A stretch of DNA of 64,000 nt from an uncultured Elusimicrobia bacterium (lineage in GTDB: Bacteria; Elusimicrobiota; Elusimicrobia; F11): contig CAYOPN010000003.1 of the NCBI GenBank assembly GCA_964405835.1, forward strand, positions 29,273-93,272, read 5' to 3'. Position numbers and translations under genes: made by a program. Below the pieces are notes generated by a model, which was not told where the DNA came from, did no database searches, and worked only from the letters and a program-made list of their open reading frames with translations. Below, piece by piece: positions 18,801 through 26,279 of this stretch (its first letter is position 1; each line of letters starts with the position of its first letter).

Positions 18801-19140
18801 AAATACCATTGCCTCCAACACGCAGCTTCCATTTACCTTTGACAGTCAATCGTCACCCGGACAAACCCCCAATGGAGGAACCCCCTCCGCCTCGAATCCT
18901 CGCGGGGGAAATTCCATCTATACCATCAACCCCTCCCGGGGATGGAACTCCATAGAGATGGCTTGCGAAGCGGATTTGGCCTCCATCTTCAATCGGATCG
19001 GGAAGGAAGTGGCCGTCGTGCCGACATACCAAAGACATTTGAGCTGGTACGGCAGAAATAACGAAGGGAGAGCTTGTCCTTCTGGCACCTATATTATTTC
19101 AGGCTGCGGCGGAAAAAAGAAGGTCGTCATCGTAAGATAA
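15892..19140 (+). CDS. Large secreted protein: signal peptide, G8 domain, right-handed beta-helix (CEMIP/TMEM2-like fold), FN3 and Ig-like domains
   Basis: Signal MRKTIFTLIFPSLLAPAVAMA. G8-like WESPATWAGNIVPSPNNVVII...GKLTF. Repetitive N/G-rich beta-helix turns. FN3-like PPSIPQGLQATVVSDNRINLTWSASNDPESDVAQYNIYRNG. Confidence 0.5.
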   Translation: MQDRGRYMRKTIFTLIFPSLLAPAVAMALDCANPAQFIGHGPDPFIPYVAYPGYVAPGQSLIESIQDGPWESPATWAGNIVPSPNNVVIIKHRVTLNSTVRVADTAVISTGKLTFNSTLDTRLELGTLQVVCGQLEIGTENAPVESNRKAEIVFLDIPINTTRDPGQYNNGLVVIDGKVTIHGAPKMDTFLRLAAEAPAGASMVTLENPTTGWKPGDLLMFHDTRQYTNTTRPDIPEADHTVQSEVIPIASISGDGRSVTLASSLQYAHKGARDGDDVLIFRPWVGNLTRNVNIRSANPNGTRGHMLFMHRSQIDIRYAQMFELGRTKTDPLNNTLFTPSGSPTQIGTNQIGRYSAHFHHVAGPLSTPANGYQFTFQGNSVFSLLETTSFKWGIALHNSHFGLIKDNVVYNWSGAGIVAEDGNETANMVAHNFVNRLTYTGTGEDSRSREDVGHTGAPFWFRGPNNIIRDNVASGGTGGFAIVVGAMANPTTRIPLGPGSDTAEAGQYTMKDMMAIAIREFARNEVAGATIMGSTIWNVGSRNNVTPVNEIEESVIKDFRVWHVSSYVYYNYKTNRVTFDGAVCLGDFQTLRNLTSAAGAFFFSDYVSFNFKIINSNIQGFLNGILIGPVGDQTIENTYMRNYISIIKVPTWMASGAPAPELPPRTVTLKNVRFVPTGTPSRNDWGTQAFIRLTGIPHARATNLIQRDRLFVYNHNGVVGDNFRGFTPEQKFDAIMPKTQVRQDGWIELLASPDEGLTNQQNRDLHGIMTAGEIAPCHDTRTGIIGFVCPMVNDATPPSIPQGLQATVVSDNRINLTWSASNDPESDVAQYNIYRNGVFIRETPSTNFSDTGLREATQYQYEVSAVNLADIESPKSAPASATTLVDNTPPQLMSVFAAGNPNFVNAVFNEPVNEASAESVLNYVINLGVTVQAAVLQADLKTVALTVSGLLENIQYLLTVNNVTDRSLAGNTIASNTQLPFTFDSQSSPGQTPNGGTPSASNPRGGNSIYTINPSRGWNSIEMACEADLASIFNRIGKEVAVVPTYQRHLSWYGRNNEGRACPSGTYIISGCGGKKKVVIVR

Positions 19141-19179
19141 AGAGACCCGGTTGTTCTGTTTGCTAAGATCCGCAAATCC

Positions 19180-19719
19180 ATGACGTCCAAAAATCCCAAT
19201 CCCTACATGCTGGTTCCCCCCGGAAACGATATTCCCCGTGTTGTGAACGCCATCATCGAAATCCCGAAAGGACGCCGCAACAAATTCGAAGTTGATAAAA
19301 AAACCGGGCTCATTCGTTTGGACCGGCATCTCTTTGCTTCCAGCCATTACCCGGGCGACTACGGATTTATTCCACAAACCCTGGCCGAGGATGGCGACCC
19401 GCTCGACGTGTTGGTTATGGTAAACGAGCCAACGTTCAGCGGCTGTTTGATTGAGTCTCGCGTCATTGGACTCTTCAAGATGAAAGACGGCGGGAAAAAC
19501 GATTTCAAAGTCCTGGGTGTCCCCAACACCGACCCGCTGTTCGCGGAATACCACGAGTTAAAAGACGTGCCGAGCCATTTTCTCCGGGAAGTTGAACATT
19601 TCTTTGGGACCTACAAACAACTGGAAGGTGTGCCGATTGACGTTTTGGGATGGGCGAAGGCCGCCGATGCAGTGGCCGAAGTAAAAAAGTCCGTCGAAAG
19701 ATACAAGAAGAAACGTTAG
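19180..19719 (+). CDS. ppa: Inorganic pyrophosphatase (family I)
   Basis: IEIPKGRRNKFEVD...DGDPLDVLV...KVLGV motifs. Confidence 0.9.
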   Translation: MTSKNPNPYMLVPPGNDIPRVVNAIIEIPKGRRNKFEVDKKTGLIRLDRHLFASSHYPGDYGFIPQTLAEDGDPLDVLVMVNEPTFSGCLIESRVIGLFKMKDGGKNDFKVLGVPNTDPLFAEYHELKDVPSHFLREVEHFFGTYKQLEGVPIDVLGWAKAADAVAEVKKSVERYKKKR

Positions 19720-20480
19720 ATCCCCAGCAGTTCCCCCGCCGTTACGATCGCAAATCCTTTTTCTTTGGCCGCCTTGATCACCGCTTCGGTGATTGCGAGC
19801 GATTTGTCGCTCTTGGGCCAGCCGTCGTGGAGAAGAATGACAGCACCAGGGCGAATGGCCTTAACATAACCGGGAATATCCGTCTCGGCTCCCGTCGAGT
19901 TCCAATCGGTCCCGTAGGTCCAATTGACTAGCACGAACCCGGTTTCCTTGGCGGCTTGTTTTATCCACGGTTTATCGATGCCATGCGGCATGCGCATGAT
20001 TTTTAACTTTTGACCGCCGGTTTTCTCGATGATCCGCTGTGAATCGCGGATATCTTTCACCAAATCGTCTTTGGCCAGCTCGGCCGCTTTGTCCGCGTTC
20101 CCGACCTCTTGAAGCCGCGCTTTGTACCGCTTGTTGTAGTTCATGTGCGTCATCGTGTGATTGGCGATTTCATGCCCTTGCGCGCTGATCTTTTTCAACA
20201 TCGACGGTCTAAGCCTCGACTGTTCCCCCAACACGAAAAAAGTGGCCTTCACCTGATACCGGTCGAGTAAGTCCAGAAATTTTTCGGTGTTGGGGCCGGG
20301 ACCGTCATCAAATGTCAACGCGATCTTCTTTTCTTTGGTCGGCCCCTGCGTCAGAAAATCGCCCGGCTTCGGCGCCGCCATCGCCGCGACCGTCACAAAA
20401 AATAGCAACAAGAAAGTGTTAGTACGCTTTATCATCAGGGTCCCAGAAATTGACCGAACGTTCTTCGCCGCTGACCACAC
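19716..20480 (-). CDS. Secreted polysaccharide deacetylase (CE4/NodB homology)
   Basis: ALTFDDGPGPNTEKFLDLLDRYQVKATFFVLG, HEIANHTMTH. Start may be the internal Met at 20435 (MIKRTNTFLLLFF signal). Confidence 0.8.
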   Translation of the reverse strand: MWSAAKNVRSISGTLMIKRTNTFLLLFFVTVAAMAAPKPGDFLTQGPTKEKKIALTFDDGPGPNTEKFLDLLDRYQVKATFFVLGEQSRLRPSMLKKISAQGHEIANHTMTHMNYNKRYKARLQEVGNADKAAELAKDDLVKDIRDSQRIIEKTGGQKLKIMRMPHGIDKPWIKQAAKETGFVLVNWTYGTDWNSTGAETDIPGYVKAIRPGAVILLHDGWPKSDKSLAITEAVIKAAKEKGFAIVTAGELLGI

Positions 20481-21327
20481 CGGACGACGATACGTTCAAC
20501 GACCAAAGACTTCTTACCATTCCGCGGGACGAAAAAATAATTTTCCCCCAATCCACGCGCCAACCGCCCTCTGGGAGCGGAACGGCCCGACCGACCGCCC
20601 AATGCGTCGTTTTGGAGAACCGGCGGATATTATCCGAGGTCAAACTGGCCTTGATCGGAAAAGAATCCATGTCGGTCCAGGCGGTCACTCCTTTTTTCTC
20701 TTTGCCGGTTAGCAGGTTGATGTGGCGCGAACTGTAGGCACAACAAGGCGGAATGTCGGTCACCGCCGTCCATCCGAACGGATTGATCACGCCGGCCACA
20801 ATCTCGGTCTTTTCCCCTTCGCCGTTGCGTCCGACCAAATGGTTCGCGTAAGCGCGGCTCGATATCGAAAGGACCAGGTAGAGCCCCCAACTGACCCACA
20901 TCCACCGCGTGGCGGCCCACCCCTCGGTTTTCCGACGATGAACGAACCAAAGCCCCACACCCATGAACAATAGCGGGATCACCGTCACCGCCGGGACCAG
21001 ATTCGCCCCGTATTCCTCGAATGTGAAGGGAGAAAACAGCGGCACGCCATAACTCGTCAAGTAATCGCAAACCGAATGCAAAAAGAAAGGCAGGGAATAA
21101 TGAAACCAGCGCTGCCGGAAAGGGCCCGGATCAAAACGGGACAAAACCGCCGCGAAGAAACATGATTGGACCACCGCGCCAAAAAACGAATGGCTGATAC
21201 CGCGGTGCTGCAACCAATACGACCACGGTCCGCACCAATGAAAAAAAACGTCCAGATCGGGAACGTTGGCGAGCGCGGCCATGATCCAGAACCGCCGTGG
21301 CGACGCGCGGAAGGTCTTGGCGGCCAA
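20419..21327 (-). CDS. Membrane-bound metal-dependent hydrolase (YdjM/DUF457-like) with extra C-terminal domain
   Basis: NVPDLDVFFHWCGPWSYWLQHRGISHSF resembles YdjM LPDIDH...GHRGFTHS; multiple TM segments. Confidence 0.55.
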   Translation of the reverse strand: MAAKTFRASPRRFWIMAALANVPDLDVFFHWCGPWSYWLQHRGISHSFFGAVVQSCFFAAVLSRFDPGPFRQRWFHYSLPFFLHSVCDYLTSYGVPLFSPFTFEEYGANLVPAVTVIPLLFMGVGLWFVHRRKTEGWAATRWMWVSWGLYLVLSISSRAYANHLVGRNGEGEKTEIVAGVINPFGWTAVTDIPPCCAYSSRHINLLTGKEKKGVTAWTDMDSFPIKASLTSDNIRRFSKTTHWAVGRAVPLPEGGWRVDWGKIIFSSRGMVRSLWSLNVSSSGVVSGEERSVNFWDPDDKAY

Positions 21328-21347
21328 TCCCCCCGTCAGTGTGTGTG

Positions 21348-22103
21348 TTATCGGGTCCGTACGCGCTCCTTAATGAGGCGGTAGGTGTGCTGCGCGCCTT
21401 GCCATCCCAAATCTGCTGAGAGGATCCATCCCTCCCAGGTTTCCTTGCCAACGGCCTTGGCATAAGAAGAAAAGGTGGGTGTTTTAGCGAAGAGACCGAT
21501 GCCGAGGAACCCCACGACCAGCGTATTGCCGATCAAGATCAATACGCCCGAAAGAAACAGGCCAAGTACTTTTAAATCGGGTTGGTGCTTGTGGACGGCC
21601 GAAATGGTGAGCGAGATGTGAAAGGCCAGCGCCAACCCCAGAACAAATTGGAAGACCGGCAACAATTCCGGCGGGTTCCACCAGCGCCGCGTCACCGTGT
21701 AGATGAGAACGATCGCGATCAAATAAATCGGAATGATATAGGGCGAGAGCGCAATGAACGCGTTTGACTTCGACAGCCGCACTTCGCCGCCCGTCGACCT
21801 GGCCTTGAACGAATGGACTTTCGCGCCAGACAGAATGCCGGTGAGCGCATGCGTCATTTCATGTCCGAATACATACAGCCACATGGGCTTGGTCAGGAAC
21901 CGTTCCACGAGCAGATAGGTGAGCATGCCCGCCAGGTAAAGCCACAGGGATTGAAAACCGGTTTCCAAGAGATCGGGGAGCATGAGGCCGGTTTGATGAA
22001 GGACCGCCCATAAACAGGGAATAAGCGCCAGCGCGATAAACCAGCGGCCGGCGCGGCCGAATTTAGTCGAACGTCGTGTCTTCGAAAGGTATTTTTTGCT
22101 CAC
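21348..22103 (-). CDS. Putative integral-membrane zinc metallopeptidase (HExxH in TM context, M50B-like)
   Basis: LYVFGHEMTHALTGIL; several TM helices. Confidence 0.45.
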   Translation of the reverse strand: MSKKYLSKTRRSTKFGRAGRWFIALALIPCLWAVLHQTGLMLPDLLETGFQSLWLYLAGMLTYLLVERFLTKPMWLYVFGHEMTHALTGILSGAKVHSFKARSTGGEVRLSKSNAFIALSPYIIPIYLIAIVLIYTVTRRWWNPPELLPVFQFVLGLALAFHISLTISAVHKHQPDLKVLGLFLSGVLILIGNTLVVGFLGIGLFAKTPTFSSYAKAVGKETWEGWILSADLGWQGAQHTYRLIKERVRTR

Positions 22104-22521
22104 GCAGTTCTTGTTTCCATAACTCCAGGGCCTCGGGCGCTTTCACGCGCGCCATCTTGACCCATTTGGATTCGGGCGGGCTGAACAATTCGTAGGTGTC
22201 TTTGTACCATTGGTAGGCGTATTTGAGAGAGGACTCGCTGACGGCGTAATCGCGGTCGAATTCGAGGGCGTCAAGTTTTTCGACGTATTCGGGCGACGTG
22301 GGATCTCCCAGCGCTGATTTCTCCTGCTCAAACTTTTTGTCGAAAAATTCTTTTTTCAACTGCGGAGAGCGATGCCAGGCCATGTACTTCTCGGCTTCTT
22401 CGTAGGAATGCCGCGCCCGGCTCACCACATCGCGGTAAATAAGGCCGTAAACTCCGGCCGCTCCCACCAAAAAAACCAGGCTGCCTTTGACCCACCCTTT
22501 TTTCAGCCACTCCACCATCAA
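22063..22521 (-). CDS. Hypothetical protein with N-terminal TM anchor
   Basis: LVFLVGAAGVYGLIY TM then charged soluble domain; no recognised motif. Confidence 0.35.
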   Translation of the reverse strand: MMVEWLKKGWVKGSLVFLVGAAGVYGLIYRDVVSRARHSYEEAEKYMAWHRSPQLKKEFFDKKFEQEKSALGDPTSPEYVEKLDALEFDRDYAVSESSLKYAYQWYKDTYELFSPPESKWVKMARVKAPEALELWKQELREQKIPFEDTTFD

Positions 22522-22994
22522 AACCGTTCGTTAAAACCCTGTGGTGTGTCTTGGGAATTTTGGGCCCGCTGATCGGCCATGGTCATGGTGTTCAGCATCT
22601 TGTGGACTTTAATGAGGATTGTTTCAGGACGGAAAGGTTTCTCAATGTAACCGGCCATATTGGATTCTTGTTTCAACATGGCCTTGGTCGAGTCGTTCAT
22701 GTGGGAACCGGTGATCATAAAAACGGGCACTTTGCTGGTGATCGGGTCGCTCTGGAGTGTGCGCAACACGTCGTAGCCGCCGACACCGGGCATCATCAAG
22801 TCGGAAATGATGATGTCGGGCAGGAATTCCGCAGCAACTTTGGCGATGTTGCGGCCGTCCTTGCCGACTTTGACCTGGAAACCTTCCATCTCAAACGCGG
22901 ACCTTAAAAGGGCCAGGATTGAATCATCGTCGTCCATGATGAGGACTTTTTTTGTGGAGGGATGCGCCTTGGCGGGTGTTTTTGCATCAGCCAT
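22518..22994 (-). CDS. Single-domain response regulator (CheY-like receiver)
   Basis: KKVLIMDDDDSIL...IIISDLMMPGVGGYDVL...VPVFMITG...KPF. Confidence 0.8.
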   Translation of the reverse strand: MADAKTPAKAHPSTKKVLIMDDDDSILALLRSAFEMEGFQVKVGKDGRNIAKVAAEFLPDIIISDLMMPGVGGYDVLRTLQSDPITSKVPVFMITGSHMNDSTKAMLKQESNMAGYIEKPFRPETILIKVHKMLNTMTMADQRAQNSQDTPQGFNERF

Positions 22995-23364
22995 GTTTTT
23001 TTACTCCGGCGCGGACCGCCAAAACACGGTTTCGGTTATCGACTTGCACAAATTGGGGTTTAAGTTTTTTGGCCTTGGCGTCTTCGAGCCATGCCACGGA
23101 CATGATGATCACTTTATCGCCGGGGTCGCCGAGCCTCGCGGCGGCGCCGTTCAGGCCGATAACGCCGGAATGGCGCGGGCCTTTGATGATATAGGTCTCA
23201 AAACGGTTTCCGTTGGCGAGATTGGCCACGAGGACCATTTCGTGTTCGTACATTCCGGCGGCCTCGATGAGGGCCTGGTCGACCTCAATGCTGCCTTCGT
23301 AATCAAGCCGGCTGGCGGTGATGGTGGCGCGGTGGATTTTTGCTCTGCACATGCGTCGTAACAT
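22987..23364 (-). CDS. panD: Aspartate 1-decarboxylase
   Basis: MLRRMCRAKIHRATITASRLDYEGSIEVD...NGAAARLGDPGDKVIIMS aligns with E. coli PanD incl. the Gly-Ser self-cleavage site. The track ORF's 61-aa N-terminal extension is a PST-rich read-through. Confidence 0.85.
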   Translation of the reverse strand: MLRRMCRAKIHRATITASRLDYEGSIEVDQALIEAAGMYEHEMVLVANLANGNRFETYIIKGPRHSGVIGLNGAAARLGDPGDKVIIMSVAWLEDAKAKKLKPQFVQVDNRNRVLAVRAGVKKHG

Positions 23365-23398
23365 AAGGGGCGCATCGTAGCATGAAAAACGGAGGGCG

Positions 23399-23746
23399 TT
23401 AAGAAATGGTGAAACCGCCGGCGTAGGCGAGCGCGGCGATGACGTCACGGAGGGTCTCCTGGTCCACCACGTCGTCAAACGCGATGCCGGCCAGATAGTA
23501 GCCTTCCTTGTAGGTGGAGCGGATGATGCGGGCGCGCAAGTTTTCAAGATGAGCGCCGTCTTTGAGAGAAAACGTCACGTACACAACGCCCGCGACCTTC
23601 ATCTGAAAAGCCGTTTCAATCAACAGGCCTTCCGGGCTCAAATTGAGGATCCGGCCCCACCCTTCTTTGGCGCGGCCTTCCGGAAAACGGAGCCCGACCG
23701 GGATGCTCGTCGAAAACCGTGCGGTTTGGCGGCGCACGATTTCCAT
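23399..23746 (-). CDS. PilZ-domain protein (putative c-di-GMP receptor)
   Basis: From internal Met: MEIVRRQTARFSTSIPV...ILNLSPEGLLIET, i.e. RxxxR and D/NxSxxG-like PilZ motifs. Start overlaps the upstream stop (TAATG). Confidence 0.55.
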   Translation of the reverse strand: MEIVRRQTARFSTSIPVGLRFPEGRAKEGWGRILNLSPEGLLIETAFQMKVAGVVYVTFSLKDGAHLENLRARIIRSTYKEGYYLAGIAFDDVVDQETLRDVIAALAYAGGFTIS

Positions 23747-24906
23747 TATTTCCACCCGTCCAATTGGCGTTCGATTTCTTTCAGCGGACGCGACACCATG
23801 TGCGGCGCGCCGCCCGTGACCACCCACAGGCGCTCAAAGCCGACCGCCATGCCCGATGGCGGCACGTCCGGCGCGGTGAAATCGTTTAATTTGTACGGAC
23901 CGCGCCACACCACGGCCGCCCCTTTGCGCTCCAGTTTGGCCAGGCGGAGTGGTTTGCCCCCCATCACCCACAAAGCGTTGCCGTCCCAAGCGATACCGCT
24001 CGGATCGGGCAAGAGCGACTGCACGGTATCGATTACGCGCAGGTCCGGCCCATGTTTGTAGATAAGTCCGGTCTGCGCATCGCTCGACCACAAATTGACG
24101 CCGTCCCAGGCGATGCCGGTCGGGTTTGTGCCGGGAGCGGAAGCGGTCTGAAGCGTCGGCAACCCCAAAATGCGCTGGTGGCTGCGGAACTTCAAATCAA
24201 AACCGATCGTCACGAGACTGTCCGGCGTGTCACAGACCAAAATCGGCTGGCTGTCCTGCATGCGGAAAATTTCGTCGGCGATCAACGCGCGGCCCTTTTC
24301 GGTGAGGCCTTTTTTCAAAACATAATGCGTGATGGTCGAGTCGTACCAGTTGCCGACCCACAGCGATCGGCCGTCCCATTGGATGCCAGAGAGCGTGGCC
24401 GAGGCCAGGTTCATGGTCGGCGCGGGCGCGCCGTTCCAGCGGGCGCTGAGACCTTTACCGACAACAAACGACAACAAGATCCCAAACGTGATGGCGGCCC
24501 ACGGGACCTTGTCCTCTTTCAACCGTTTGCCGAACAACGTCCGTCCGTTCGCGGAGGCGGCGCGTTTGGCCGCGGTCAGCACGCGGAAACGCGTCAGCGG
24601 TTCCGGCAAACAATCAAACGCGCCGGCGTTCATGGCGTCGAGCGCGGGCACCGCCTTGCTTTCGTTGAGAACAACCAAAAACGGCGTGGCCGGCGCGGAT
24701 TTTTTAAGCGTTTGCTGCAAATTGTGCAGCGATTCCATCGGATCGGGTTTGGGCACGATCACCAACGTCGGCGGATCGGCCGGGATTTTCTCGATCGCTG
24801 CTTCAATTCCCGGCAGCATCTCGCAGGTCACGCCCACCGTTTTGAAATAACCGTCCATGCGCAGCTGGTCTTTTTTTGAAAAACCGATGAGCATTACGCG
24901 GGGCAC
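23746..24906 (-). CDS. Degenerate receiver-like domain, TM helix, periplasmic beta-propeller-like repeats (GIxWDGxxLW x3)
   Basis: N-terminus resembles REC but the phospho-acceptor position reads LVIVPKPDP. TM WAAITFGILLSFVV. Repeats GIQWDGRSLWVG, GIAWDGVNLWSS, GIAWDGNALWVM. Confidence 0.45.
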   Translation of the reverse strand: MPRVMLIGFSKKDQLRMDGYFKTVGVTCEMLPGIEAAIEKIPADPPTLVIVPKPDPMESLHNLQQTLKKSAPATPFLVVLNESKAVPALDAMNAGAFDCLPEPLTRFRVLTAAKRAASANGRTLFGKRLKEDKVPWAAITFGILLSFVVGKGLSARWNGAPAPTMNLASATLSGIQWDGRSLWVGNWYDSTITHYVLKKGLTEKGRALIADEIFRMQDSQPILVCDTPDSLVTIGFDLKFRSHQRILGLPTLQTASAPGTNPTGIAWDGVNLWSSDAQTGLIYKHGPDLRVIDTVQSLLPDPSGIAWDGNALWVMGGKPLRLAKLERKGAAVVWRGPYKLNDFTAPDVPPSGMAVGFERLWVVTGGAPHMVSRPLKEIERQLDGWK

Positions 24907-26279
24907 ACGAGGCTCCTCTCGAGCGGCAATTCAACCTGAAACGTGGTGCCGTCCGTGCCGCTTTTCAGCAATTGCAGCGTGCCGCCGTGATATTCCACGT
25001 AACGTTTGGCCCGGCTTAAACTCAAACCCTGGCGGTGTTCCTTCGTCGAGAAAAAGGGTTGGAAGAGGCGCGGCGCCAAATGTTCCGGAACACCGCGGCC
25101 CGAATCGCGCACGAGCATTTGGATCACGCCCAAATCGCTGCGGTTCTTGATGGAAATCGTGATCTGACCGGATTCGTTCGGCAACGCCTCCAATGCGTTC
25201 CGGAGCAATTCGTGCACCACAAAACGAAGCAACGTGGGGTCGCCGGGAACGTCCGGCATTGGATCATCGGTGAGAAACTCCACGGCCAGCGTGGGCCGGC
25301 GTTCTCCAAAAATCTCAGCCATTTCGCGGTTGACCAAATCTTTAAGGGACACCGGCGCCGTCGACATCTGCCGGCGGCTGGTCAAGTGCAGGTAATCATC
25401 GAGCGCGCTGGTCACGTCCTGAAGCTGCGCCTGGATCGCGCGGAAATTTTCGCTCAACTCGCCCGCGCCTTCCACCAACAAACGGAGCCGCGCTTTCCAG
25501 AACGATTCGCTCTTGCTCTGCGGGTCGAGCAAACCCAATCGCTCCAGTGTCAACAGAAGCTGACCTTGGGCGGAAACCAGCGTCGTACGCACGCGCTGAG
25601 CGACGCCTTTCGCAAACATCTCCTCTTCGGTCCAAGAGAGTTCCTGTTTTTTGCGGATGGCCCTTTCCATTTCTTCGACAAGTTTTTTCTGCAACAGGCC
25701 GATCTCTTCCTGTTTTGCGGAAACGTACTGGTTGCTCGCGTCGGAGAACAATGTCCGCAAATTCCCAATGCGGCTTTCCAGATCTTTGAGCTGGTTTTTT
25801 AGCGTCTCATGATTTTCCGAGTAAAACCGGATGTCGTTGTCGCGCAACCGCAACTGCTGGGCGCGGAACACTTCCGACTGCTGCTCGAAATCGTGCAGCC
25901 GTTTGCGCAGTCCTTCGTTTTCCCCTTCCAGTTCGCTCGTGCGCCGCCGCAGTTCAACGGACTCTTCGGCCAAAACGGTCTTATCATCGGCAAGTCCCTT
26001 CACTTCTTGCGCCAGCTTGAGCGCCTTGGATTTCAGATCATCCTCTGAAACGCCAAGCAACGAACGCAGCAGTTCGTTTTCGTCGGTGGACACTTTTTCC
26101 TGGGACTTGATGGCGGTCGCCATGCCGTTCATGGCTTTCTCAAAATCATCGAGGTCGGAGAGATATTCACGGAAGACCATTTCTTTTTCGGTTTCGGTGA
26201 CAGTGGGCAGCGCCCAAAGACGTTTGGCCAGTTTCTCTTTAAACGCGCGCAGCTCTTTCTGCCAGTCGGGCAGCGTCAT
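24894..26279 (-). CDS. Coiled-coil-rich histidine-kinase-like ATPase (HATPase_c); H-box not canonical
   Basis: C-terminal N/G1/G2 boxes: VVHELLRNALEA, RDSGRGVP, GLSLSRAKRYVEYHGG. N-terminal ~300 aa heptad-rich. 13-nt overlap with the downstream gene. Confidence 0.55.
   Translation of the reverse strand: MTLPDWQKELRAFKEKLAKRLWALPTVTETEKEMVFREYLSDLDDFEKAMNGMATAIKSQEKVSTDENELLRSLLGVSEDDLKSKALKLAQEVKGLADDKTVLAEESVELRRRTSELEGENEGLRKRLHDFEQQSEVFRAQQLRLRDNDIRFYSENHETLKNQLKDLESRIGNLRTLFSDASNQYVSAKQEEIGLLQKKLVEEMERAIRKKQELSWTEEEMFAKGVAQRVRTTLVSAQGQLLLTLERLGLLDPQSKSESFWKARLRLLVEGAGELSENFRAIQAQLQDVTSALDDYLHLTSRRQMSTAPVSLKDLVNREMAEIFGERRPTLAVEFLTDDPMPDVPGDPTLLRFVVHELLRNALEALPNESGQITISIKNRSDLGVIQMLVRDSGRGVPEHLAPRLFQPFFSTKEHRQGLSLSRAKRYVEYHGGTLQLLKSGTDGTTFQVELPLERSLVCPA

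Noticed and set aside
23365-23547. 61-aa Pro/Ser/Thr-rich N-terminal extension of the panD ORF
   Set aside because: PanD homology starts at MLRRMCRAKIHR; extension is low complexity and unsupported.
24052-24879. 275-aa + ORF (and 24329..24850)
   Set aside because: Antisense to the propeller-domain gene; Arg/Gly-rich off-frame product.
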